Positions 35,934 to 44,269 of a DNA stretch of 64,000 nt are shown piece by piece. The notes beneath the pieces are model-generated. The model was not told the origin of the DNA. It made no database searches and saw only the letters and a program-made list of their open reading frames with translations. The position numbers and the translations under genes were made by a program. How positions within the stretch are numbered: position 1 is the first letter of the stretch; the number at the start of each line of letters is the position of its first letter. The stretch lies in sequence record ON190024.1; one strand, 5' to 3'.

Positions 35934-37427
35934 ATGCTAAATCTTAATCAAAATATCGCAATCGCAACTGACAGCTACAAAGTTTCACACTGGTCTCAAT
36001 TCCCTCGTGGTCTAGAGTACAGCCAATATTACGTCGAAAGCCGGGGTGGTAAGTTCGACAAAATTATGGTCGATGGTATGGCATACATGTGTCGTATTCT
36101 CGAAAAAGGTGTTTCGATGAACGATGTCAAGCGTGCGAAACGTCTGTTCAAAAAGCACTTCGGTTCTGAAGTCTTCAATGACAAGGGTTGGGACATCATC
36201 GTTAACGAACTGAAAGGCAAACTGCCTATTAAGATTCGTGCGGTCAAAGAAGGTACTGTAGTACCAGTTAAACACCCTATCTTGACGATTGAGAACACAG
36301 ATCCGCGTTTTGGTTGGCTGCCTGGCTATCTTGAAACGTTCATCTTGCGTGCTCTTTGGTACCCGACAACTGTAGCAACGATCTCGTTCGAGGTGAAGAA
36401 AATCATTCGCCAATTCATGAAGAAAACGGTTGATGATGAACGCATTGCAGAACAAGAGCCATTCAAACTTCACGACTTTGGTTCTCGTGGTGTATCAAGT
36501 GGCGAATCTGCGGCTATCGGCGGCTCTGCTCACTTGAAAAACTTCTTGGGTACTGACACTGTAGAAGCACTTGTTGCAGTTGAAGAACTTTACGCTGAAG
36601 ATGTTGAAGATTTCATTGCGGGATTCTCTATCCCTGCGCGTGAACACTCAACAACTACAATCTACAAAGAAGTTGGTGAAGATCAAGCATTCTTGAACTC
36701 TATCGAGCAATGGGGTGCGGCATTATACGCTTGTGTAATGGACAGCTACGACTACGAAGCAGCAATGAATCGTGTCTCAACTGGTCGCTTCAAAGAGCTA
36801 ATCATCAGCAAAGGCGGTACGTTTGTTGCTCGTCCTGACTCTGGTGTGCCTGTAGATGTAGTAATGAAAGGTCTTGAGATTCTTGGTAAAAATGTTGGTT
36901 ACACAATCAACAGCAAGGGTTACAAAGTATTGCACCCTAGCTACCGCATCATTCAAGGCGACGGCGTGAACATCGAAGAAATTCGTCGAATTCTGTCTTA
37001 CATGGAAAGTAAAGGCTGGTCGGCAGAAAACATTGCATTTGGTATGGGTGGTGGTTTGCTTCAGCAACTCGACCGTGATACTCAACGCTTTGCAATGAAA
37101 ATGTCAGCGGCAATCATCAACGGCGAATACGTTAGCGTGTTCAAAATGCCGAAGACTGATCCGACAAAAGCATCAAAAGCAGGTTTCTTGGATTTGATTG
37201 CAGTCGATGCAGACAATCCGAACCCAGCGGCTCGTGGTTACGTGACGTTCTCTTCTGAAGATTACGATAATCGCGTTCACCCGAAAAGCGTGATGCAGAC
37301 AATCTTCGAAGACGGTGTAACAGTTGCTGACTTCTCACTAGAAGAAGCTCGTAAACTGTCTGACGTACAAGCTGATTTCCTGAACGAAGGTGAATGGAAA
37401 ATCGCGAAAAAGATTCAAACTGCGTAA
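35934..37427 (+). CDS. nadV: nicotinamide phosphoribosyltransferase
   Basis: TDSYK.SH, LWYPTTVAT, HDFGSRG, PAREHST, RPDSG, IIQGDG, FGMGGGLLQ...RDT. Confidence 0.93.
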   Translation: MLNLNQNIAIATDSYKVSHWSQFPRGLEYSQYYVESRGGKFDKIMVDGMAYMCRILEKGVSMNDVKRAKRLFKKHFGSEVFNDKGWDIIVNELKGKLPIKIRAVKEGTVVPVKHPILTIENTDPRFGWLPGYLETFILRALWYPTTVATISFEVKKIIRQFMKKTVDDERIAEQEPFKLHDFGSRGVSSGESAAIGGSAHLKNFLGTDTVEALVAVEELYAEDVEDFIAGFSIPAREHSTTTIYKEVGEDQAFLNSIEQWGAALYACVMDSYDYEAAMNRVSTGRFKELIISKGGTFVARPDSGVPVDVVMKGLEILGKNVGYTINSKGYKVLHPSYRIIQGDGVNIEEIRRILSYMESKGWSAENIAFGMGGGLLQQLDRDTQRFAMKMSAAIINGEYVSVFKMPKTDPTKASKAGFLDLIAVDADNPNPAARGYVTFSSEDYDNRVHPKSVMQTIFEDGVTVADFSLEEARKLSDVQADFLNEGEWKIAKKIQTA

Positions 37428-37460
37428 AATGTGACATTGATCACTAAAAATCGTAAATTT

Positions 37461-37537
37461 AGGGTTGCTTCGGCAGCCCTTTTTTCGTATTATAGCTACA
37501 TCGAAACGAGATACGAAAACAAAGAGAGAACATTATG
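37461..37537 (+). promoter_or_regulatory. early promoter/terminator cassette
   Basis: AGGGTTGC-ttcg-GCAGCCCTTTTTT, TATTAT, AGCTACATCGAAACGAGATACGAAA, GAGAACATTATG. Confidence 0.9.
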
Positions 37538-37861
37538 CAACTAACTACTAACATGACTAAAGCGCAAAAAAATAAAGTTGTTGAAGGTTTCAACTTCGAG
37601 CGTGAAACAGGTCAAGGTCAATATAAGTTCCGTAACGGTTCTTATGCTATGGAAGGATCAGATGTTGCACGTCGATTCAATCTAATCTCTACTATCGTGA
37701 CTGGTAAGCCAGCGATTATTCCTGAAGCGACAGTTGCTGATTTTGACCGCATTGTTCTTATGCAAGCAATGACTGATCAGTTCTTAACAATGAGTGCTGG
37801 TAAATCTTCTCTTGAAGAATCTAACGAATTTGGTAAAAAAGTGCTTGCACACTTCGCTTAA
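37535..37861 (+). CDS. hypothetical early protein
   Basis: leader ATG. Confidence 0.8.
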   Translation: MQLTTNMTKAQKNKVVEGFNFERETGQGQYKFRNGSYAMEGSDVARRFNLISTIVTGKPAIIPEATVADFDRIVLMQAMTDQFLTMSAGKSSLEESNEFGKKVLAHFA

Positions 37862-37902
37862 TTCAATTAGAATACTTACATCAACTGAGAAGAGAGAACA
37901 TT

Positions 37903-38145
37903 ATGAAAGCAACTATCCCACAACTTAAAAAGAAAATCAATTCACTTGCTGACAAATACGGTTACGCTTTTGATAAAAACGCACCGTACTACGTAAACGA
38001 CGGTCGCATCAAAGCAATCGAAGCTGCCATCATTACTGTCAAAGAAGACGGTGAAGCGAATCCAACTCGTCGCTACGAAATCAGCGAAAGGCAGCTTGTA
38101 TCATTGAACAATTGGGTTCGTGATTTGAAACGCAAATATCTGTGA
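37903..38145 (+). CDS. hypothetical protein
   Basis: GAGAGAACATTATG start. Confidence 0.75.
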   Translation: MKATIPQLKKKINSLADKYGYAFDKNAPYYVNDGRIKAIEAAIITVKEDGEANPTRRYEISERQLVSLNNWVRDLKRKYL

Positions 38146-38151
38146 GGTAGA

Positions 38152-38391
38152 ATGTACGCAATAAAAGCAACAAGTCATTTCGTTCAATTCGTTCTAAAGA
38201 GCGTGAGCGTAAATGGCTTCCCGAAATACGTGCCAATGTATACGTTTAATTTGGGAATCATAACAACATTCGCAACTCTTGAAGAATGTCAAAAGTTCAT
38301 CGACGAGTACGATCCCAACCCCGACGCATGTCTGCCATGGCGTGCATATAAACTACACGATCTTGAAATCGCTCAACTGGAGACAAAATAA
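38152..38391 (+). CDS. hypothetical protein
   Basis: GAGG RBS. Confidence 0.7.
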   Translation: MYAIKATSHFVQFVLKSVSVNGFPKYVPMYTFNLGIITTFATLEECQKFIDEYDPNPDACLPWRAYKLHDLEIAQLETK

Positions 38392-39659
38392 TGGGTTCAT
38401 TTAACACTACTTGCGCAATCACTCGTACACCAATTCAAGAAGGCGGTCTTGCGCGTGTCTTTTTCTTAGAAATGGACGCATTTGCAACAAACTATTACGG
38501 TCGTCAAGGTCTGTTTAAGAACATCATGATGGGATGTGGTTGCTACCCGTGGGATAATTTCAAGATCATTGGTTACCCTTTGCTTGGCAAATATGCTGAT
38601 TACAACAATTACGAGTTTGAAGATGCAGATATGGCTAATATGACGCTGGCTGCAATCAACAAACGATACGTACCAAATCGAGTAGCTGAAGGTAAGACGC
38701 TTGAAGATTACAATGAATATCATGATTACATGGAAATCGACGAGATTTCAGACATGAGTCAGCTTCAAGATATGGAACACAGTGGTTCGCTTCGAGTTAA
38801 AGGTGCGCATGGTAATGTAACTGCGGTTGTTAAAATGGCAATGCATGAAGAAGTGTACCAAATGATGCTTGAAGGTAACGTGACTGAGGGTTGGGGTGAT
38901 GATGCGAAGACATATTCATTTGCCGACGACTTGAAACGTCTCACAGATAAGTATAGTGGTTCAGTATCAGGTTTTGATGCATTAACCGAGCAACAACAGA
39001 AGCGAATGAATGACATGCGTGATGAGCTTTACGCTAAGGCTGACGCGGGCGAAATCAATGAACGCACTGGCGAACCATATACTCGTGAACATGCTGACAA
39101 GAGCTTCGAACAAATGGTTGAATGGCTTGCTGAAGACCGTATTGAGCTTGGCGGCGAACGCGCTGAATGGTTTGCACATCAATCTCATAGCCGAGATATG
39201 GCAAATCTTAAAGACAATCAAGAACTACTTCACAAACTAGCTGAAGCAGTCGTAGGTGCAAAATGGTGTGCTCGATGGATGATGTGTAACAACTACGAAT
39301 TTGCACCTGTGATGACATGCGGTCAAGATTACGATACTGCTTCTCATGCGTCGCGTCTTCGTAAGCTTGCTGACATCATCGAATCGAAGAAAAACAAATA
39401 TCACTACGAAGAGCACGTTGAACTTGATGTAGTTCGTTCTGAGCGCGTTGAACTGTCTCTAAGTAATCTGAAAGAGCGTTTTGCTGATTGGTACGATGAA
39501 GATGAACAAGAATATCAAGATCTACTGTCAGCGATTGAAAGTGTAAAAGAACAATCAAGCTTTGTTTACGGTGATGGTTCTATTTTCGATAAATTCATTG
39601 AAGAATACGACGTTCTACGTGATGTTGAAGAAAATACACAAATTCATTTCAAAAAGTAG
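38391..39659 (+). CDS. hypothetical acidic protein, 422 aa
   Basis: MGSFNTTCAIT...I start; no assignable motif. Confidence 0.8.
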   Translation: MGSFNTTCAITRTPIQEGGLARVFFLEMDAFATNYYGRQGLFKNIMMGCGCYPWDNFKIIGYPLLGKYADYNNYEFEDADMANMTLAAINKRYVPNRVAEGKTLEDYNEYHDYMEIDEISDMSQLQDMEHSGSLRVKGAHGNVTAVVKMAMHEEVYQMMLEGNVTEGWGDDAKTYSFADDLKRLTDKYSGSVSGFDALTEQQQKRMNDMRDELYAKADAGEINERTGEPYTREHADKSFEQMVEWLAEDRIELGGERAEWFAHQSHSRDMANLKDNQELLHKLAEAVVGAKWCARWMMCNNYEFAPVMTCGQDYDTASHASRLRKLADIIESKKNKYHYEEHVELDVVRSERVELSLSNLKERFADWYDEDEQEYQDLLSAIESVKEQSSFVYGDGSIFDKFIEEYDVLRDVEENTQIHFKK

Positions 39660-39722
39660 TTGACAGAGCGTGTGAGTGGCTGTAATATGTCACTCAACGC
39701 CTAACGAGAGAACAATATTATG
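39651..39722 (+). promoter_or_regulatory. early promoter
   Basis: TTGACA 39660-39665, 17 bp, TAATAT. Confidence 0.85.
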
Positions 39723-39980
39723 AAAGATGAAATTACGCTGCACATTAAGAATCATTGGTTGCACCGTCGCGCATATTTCGTACTTTACAATAAACCGATG
39801 AAATTCAGAAAGAAAGCATTGGCTGAGTGGGAAGAAAAACGCAGTGAATTTTGGTACGTAGTTCAACGACTTAATCCTGAGTTTTTCGCGCAGTGTCCTG
39901 AAGGTATGCAACCGTATTTGTCTTGCGTACCAACCCCGCGCAATGGCGCACAATACTTCTACATCAAATTTGACAAATAA
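39720..39980 (+). CDS. hypothetical protein
   Basis: ORF track. Confidence 0.7.
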   Translation: MKDEITLHIKNHWLHRRAYFVLYNKPMKFRKKALAEWEEKRSEFWYVVQRLNPEFFAQCPEGMQPYLSCVPTPRNGAQYFYIKFDK

Positions 39981-39991
39981 GAGAGAACATC

Positions 39992-40711
39992 ATGAAAAAA
40001 TTAATCGCAATCGTAGCACTAGCAGCATCAGTAGCAATGACTGGTTGTACTGACACCATCGACAATTCAGCAACTGATCAGCTAAAAGCAGCCATGCCAG
40101 TTCTTTCTCAAACTGAAAAAGATATGCTGAATGTATTCGCTGCTCCGAACTTCTTGAGCCGTTACGACAACATGTATGCAGAAGTGGTCAAAAATCGCGT
40201 ACACTTCGGTCAGAAGCCGATTCCACGAGCAGATACAGAAGTGCCGTTCTGTGATGTAATCGACGCTGTAATCGCAGCAGAGCGCGAAAACAATCTAACA
40301 GAACGTGATTACTCACTGAGCAATCAATGGAAGATGAAATACGGCATCACACTTCTTGAGCAATGTAATCAATCAGACCGTGCTCGTATTGAAATGCAGA
40401 TCGCTAAAGCAAAAGCCGATGCTGAAGCAGCTAAAGATCGAGTAATCATCGAAGAACAAGAATTCAGCAAGAAAGAAATCAAAGCTGAGAAAATCATCGA
40501 AGACACCGTTGTAATCAAAGATGATGTGCTACTATCACCTGAACTTGTTCGTGAACTACGTGGCTCAGTTAAAGACTGTAATCGCGCTAAAGTCAAGCTA
40601 ATGAGTGTAGTTGATGCCGGTGAGCAGCTAACTACAAAGCACTACGACGAAGTTAAAGGTCTAGTTCTACAGTGTGAAATGTTGAAACTAGAAGTCGAAC
40701 TCAACAAATAA
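39992..40711 (+). CDS. lipoprotein, paralogue of 27450..28145
   Basis: signal peptide with MTGC lipobox; shared motifs. Confidence 0.8.
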   Translation: MKKLIAIVALAASVAMTGCTDTIDNSATDQLKAAMPVLSQTEKDMLNVFAAPNFLSRYDNMYAEVVKNRVHFGQKPIPRADTEVPFCDVIDAVIAAERENNLTERDYSLSNQWKMKYGITLLEQCNQSDRARIEMQIAKAKADAEAAKDRVIIEEQEFSKKEIKAEKIIEDTVVIKDDVLLSPELVRELRGSVKDCNRAKVKLMSVVDAGEQLTTKHYDEVKGLVLQCEMLKLEVELNK

Positions 40712-40728
40712 CATGACTTGAATCACAT

Positions 40729-40754
40729 AAAAGCCCCTTAATTGGGGCTTTTTT
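40729..40754 (+). terminator. intrinsic terminator (repeated sequence)
   Basis: AAAAGCCCCTTAATTGGGGCTTTTTT. Confidence 0.9.
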
Positions 40755-40759
40755 CGTTT

Positions 40760-40832
40760 TAGCGGTTGTATGATGAATGGCAATTGCCTAATATAGCTAC
40801 ATCGAAACGACGAACACAAAGAGAACATTATG
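40760..40832 (+). promoter_or_regulatory. early promoter
   Basis: TTGTAT, 17 bp, TAATAT, AGCTACATCGAAACG, GAGAACATTATG; spacer shares GAATGGCAATT with the 7117 promoter. Confidence 0.85.
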
Positions 40833-41138
40833 ATTATCACAGACTTCCACGCATTTGCACGCAGCGACATCGACTATAACGATAACGAGTACTTTTACAT
40901 CGTAGCTGAACTACCATGCGGTTTTCGATTCGCACTTCAGGGAACTAATTTCGGTGATGATGGTGACCGAGCAGAACGTTTCGCAGATAAGATTAATAAA
41001 GCGGGGCGTATTGACACAAATAATTGGTCAGAGATTGACCCTTGCTATGGGTCTGAAGCTCATCAACGAATCGGTGATTTTCATCTAATGAGCGAAGATG
41101 AACTCGAACACGGTAGAAAAATGGGTTATTGGTTATAA
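40830..41138 (+). CDS. hypothetical early protein
   Basis: leader ATG. Confidence 0.75.
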   Translation: MIITDFHAFARSDIDYNDNEYFYIVAELPCGFRFALQGTNFGDDGDRAERFADKINKAGRIDTNNWSEIDPCYGSEAHQRIGDFHLMSEDELEHGRKMGYWL

Positions 41139-41162
41139 AAAAGGGAGCACTAAGCTCCCTTT
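41137..41162. terminator. bidirectional terminator
   Basis: AAAAAAGGGAGC-actaa-GCTCCCTTT between convergent genes. Confidence 0.8.
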
Positions 41163-41163
41163 C

Positions 41164-42216
41164 TCATTTCACCATTTTGATTTGAATCTGATTGTCCATG
41201 TAAGCCATTTTCTTTTCAAATTCAACATCATATTCTGGTCGATGTTCGTATTCGACTGAAAGCATTTGCTTCAGACAACGGTACAATTCCGACTTGTAAT
41301 ACCCTTCTTTCATTCCCTTCATCTGTTCATATTGCTTTTTCATAGCAGCTTTGATTATCTTCGGGTCCATGAATTTGATTGACATTTCTCGCGGTGCTTT
41401 TACTGTGCCAAAGTCAACAAACACCTGAGCCTTTTCAGCTACTTGAATGAAGTCATAAATCGTGTCATAACTCATTCGACTTAGCGTGTGGTGCATACAA
41501 ACATGTTTGCTATGTTCTTTTAGCAACGGTACATTTGCAAGCATCAAGTCGTGGTCGATGTTCTGACGAATGTATTCGTTGCGCTCTTTTCCGCCGTCAC
41601 ATGAAATTGTAAACACTAGACGATGTTTGTACTTTTTACATATGGCTAGAATCTTCTTCGCAAGTGGCGTATGCAACACAGTACCATTTGTCAGAATGTA
41701 AACTTCCGCATTTGTTTCTTCCATGACTTCAGTCAGAACTTCGACTGTTCTCTTGTCCATGAACGGTTCGCCGCCGTATAGCACAACAGTTTCAACACCC
41801 TTCGGGATACTGAAATCGAGTTGTGTGTAATCGTAATGGTCGTCAATGTCATACAAGTCCATGTATGTTTTGCTATTCTTGCCATAGCACATTCGACACG
41901 CTAGGTTACATTTGTTTGACATCAATATTTGAATTGTTCTAGGATGCTCTTCGAGTGCTTCATATTCGAAGTACTTCTGATCAGACAATTCGCCATAACT
42001 CATACATTCTTTGCAGTATTCTGGTAAAGTGTCATACTCAAACATTTTGGCACGATGTTCATTGATGATGTCACTGTGCCACCAGTCTTCAACGTTCGGG
42101 AATGGTTCACTTAGCTGAGAACAGCAAATGTGATACCCATCAGGTTTTGCGTCACGTGTATTAAAGGGAGAGCCACAAAGTGGTCTCTTCCCGTCTTTAA
42201 ATCCGAATTTATCCAT
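41164..42216 (-). CDS. radical SAM protein with N-terminal twitch domain
   Basis: CGSPF...CC...WW...HR...CKEC then CNLACRMC, YGGEPF, TNG, SCDG. Confidence 0.88.
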   Translation of the reverse strand: MDKFGFKDGKRPLCGSPFNTRDAKPDGYHICCSQLSEPFPNVEDWWHSDIINEHRAKMFEYDTLPEYCKECMSYGELSDQKYFEYEALEEHPRTIQILMSNKCNLACRMCYGKNSKTYMDLYDIDDHYDYTQLDFSIPKGVETVVLYGGEPFMDKRTVEVLTEVMEETNAEVYILTNGTVLHTPLAKKILAICKKYKHRLVFTISCDGGKERNEYIRQNIDHDLMLANVPLLKEHSKHVCMHHTLSRMSYDTIYDFIQVAEKAQVFVDFGTVKAPREMSIKFMDPKIIKAAMKKQYEQMKGMKEGYYKSELYRCLKQMLSVEYEHRPEYDVEFEKKMAYMDNQIQIKMVK

Positions 42217-42488
42217 TAATCTAGCTCATCAAGAAGTGATTGAAATTCCTCGTCGCGTTCAGCGTCGATTGTACCAGTCATCAACTCTGTTAGAGTCTTC
42301 AACGACTTGATCTCTGGTGGTTGAGGGCGTAGATCTTCGAGAATGTGAATGATTGACTCGGCTGGGAGGTCGTGATTTACGATCTCATCTGGCAGGTGGT
42401 GTTTGTAAACGCAGTCGTCGCCCCAATCAATAACTACTGCATGTTCCCATTTGTCGATTTCTAGTATTTTAAAATTTGGTTTCATCAT
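42216..42488 (-). CDS. small acidic hypothetical protein
   Basis: ATGA-coupled to the glycosyltransferase gene. Confidence 0.7.
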   Translation of the reverse strand: MMKPNFKILEIDKWEHAVVIDWGDDCVYKHHLPDEIVNHDLPAESIIHILEDLRPQPPEIKSLKTLTELMTGTIDAERDEEFQSLLDELD

Positions 42489-43486
42489 AAGCCCCAGAGT
42501 TCTTTCCAATGTGTTTTAGCATCTTGTCGATACTTCTCAATGTCAAATTTTTGATATTTCTGTTCGATTGCATCATCAATGACGCGAATCAACGTATCAT
42601 TGTTTATATCAGCACGAATCACTGGGAAAATAAAATCCCGTGTGTAAGGTGCATCATGCTGAACAATACAAGGTATGTACTGACATGCTTCTAATAACGC
42701 ATATGGCATAATCTCGATTCGTGACATGTGAAGCAAAACTTTACTTTTCATCATATGTGCTATGACTCGCTCACGCCGTTGACAAGTTTCGACTATACAA
42801 TCAACCCCATTCGGGATTCTTATTGATTCGGTTGTGAATAGACGAATTTTAAGACCGCTGTATGCAAGCGCGTTTAGCATTTCGGGTATCTGCTTACGTT
42901 TGTATGCACCTGACACGATAATCACGTCAGACGCTTCAGCAGCGTCAATATCAGCTTGTGATATAGACGGAAGCTCAAATGGTTCAAATGCAGTCACATG
43001 TTTGCCACCGATTACTTCTCGACCCCATTGTGCAATCCCGTTCGATTGAGCAATGTTAGTGACTAATGACGTTGACATCATGTGTCGCCATTGAGGTAAG
43101 TTGTAAATTTGATGAATGTCCATGTATTCGCGATATGAATCTGGTACTATCAAGTCACCGAAATGATGTTGGTTGTAACAACGGCGCTTCGCTTCGATAC
43201 ATGCGCGGAGTGCTTCATATGAATGCGTATAGATAATCGCTTCGCTATCAATCGCGTTGATAACCATTGCGTTTGCCTTGTAGTCTTTATAAGACCGTTT
43301 CGTTAAAATGAAGTCACACCCGAAATCCCATTTACTCACGTGTGGACACGATTCGTCTCCGAGTACAATAACTTTGACATCACAGTTTAGTGATTGCATT
43401 AAACGAACGTGATCTTGAATGAATGTGTAAATACCGCCGCCAATCCCTAACATAAAGTCAGTTACTACGTAGCGAACTTTTTTCAT
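42485..43486 (-). CDS. GT-B (GT4-like) glycosyltransferase
   Basis: GIGGGI N-terminal motif, KRKQ, SRIEIMPYALLEAC (E-x7-E). Confidence 0.8.
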   Translation of the reverse strand: MKKVRYVVTDFMLGIGGGIYTFIQDHVRLMQSLNCDVKVIVLGDESCPHVSKWDFGCDFILTKRSYKDYKANAMVINAIDSEAIIYTHSYEALRACIEAKRRCYNQHHFGDLIVPDSYREYMDIHQIYNLPQWRHMMSTSLVTNIAQSNGIAQWGREVIGGKHVTAFEPFELPSISQADIDAAEASDVIIVSGAYKRKQIPEMLNALAYSGLKIRLFTTESIRIPNGVDCIVETCQRRERVIAHMMKSKVLLHMSRIEIMPYALLEACQYIPCIVQHDAPYTRDFIFPVIRADINNDTLIRVIDDAIEQKYQKFDIEKYRQDAKTHWKELWGL

Positions 43487-43487
43487 A

Positions 43488-43523
43488 AAAAGTGTTGACT
43501 CCCACTGTGTTTATCTGTAGACT
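43488..43523 (+). promoter_or_regulatory. sigma70-type promoter
   Basis: TTGACT 43495-43500, 17 bp, TAGACT. Confidence 0.7.
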
Positions 43524-43555
43524 AATTGTATCTCAAGCAGACTGGGAATTAAACA

Positions 43556-43762
43556 ATGCGACTATTATCTCAAGACCTAGTTCGCTTACGTGTAGAAGAG
43601 CTACCGTTCGTGAATTTAAGTGTTGAAACGCAGATCAAAATATGCGATTATCTCAACACGCTCGACGATGAGACTATTTACTCGCTTGAGAAGCATACTG
43701 AGACACCGCAAGGTGCAAGAAAACTATTAAACTTTTTATTAAAGAAGATTGGAGACACATAA
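43556..43762 (+). CDS. hypothetical protein
   Basis: ORF track. Confidence 0.65.
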   Translation: MRLLSQDLVRLRVEELPFVNLSVETQIKICDYLNTLDDETIYSLEKHTETPQGARKLLNFLLKKIGDT

Positions 43763-43763
43763 T

Positions 43764-44240
43764 ATGGCATATGAATCAGTTTTTAACGGTACAAACCGTT
43801 ACAAAGTTCTACGTGAAGGTCGTGAATACATCAACAAAGTTGCACATCGTCATGGCGCAGTTGACAAGGGTATTTACGTCACTATGGACTATCACGTGAT
43901 TGATCGCATCATGGATCATTCGTTCCCTGCACGTGTATTTGAAATCATCGTTGGTCGATTGATCAAAAATCACCAAGACGAGATTTTGAAAATCGCGAAT
44001 ATGCCAGCAGAAGAACGACCGAAGCACATCAATGTGTACGGCAACAAGCCAGATTCACCGTACATGGTTGGCATTACAATCAACAAAGCGCAAACAGGTA
44101 AAGTTTATGTGAACTTGAGAACGTGCTATAAAGAACGCAACAGCAAATACCGTCAACGCATCATCGAAGCATACAAGATTCGTGTAAAATCTTCTTCAGA
44201 ACTTGAAGGCGCAGAAAGTGAGGTTGATTCAGATCAATAA
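43764..44240 (+). CDS. hypothetical protein
   Basis: GGAG RBS, start moved to 43764. Confidence 0.75.
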   Translation: MAYESVFNGTNRYKVLREGREYINKVAHRHGAVDKGIYVTMDYHVIDRIMDHSFPARVFEIIVGRLIKNHQDEILKIANMPAEERPKHINVYGNKPDSPYMVGITINKAQTGKVYVNLRTCYKERNSKYRQRIIEAYKIRVKSSSELEGAESEVDSDQ

Positions 44241-44269
44241 ATAGAAAACAATTAACAAACGAGGGAATT

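Noticed and set aside
9245-37470. TTGCTT motifs as T4 MotA boxes (middle promoters)
   Set aside because: They sit 17 bp from the -10 hexamer, the -35 position, not the shorter MotA-box spacing.
42485-43486. Calling the GT a T4 DNA glucosyltransferase
   Set aside because: Only generic GT-B motifs are visible and no hydroxymethylase gene is in the window; the acceptor is unknown.
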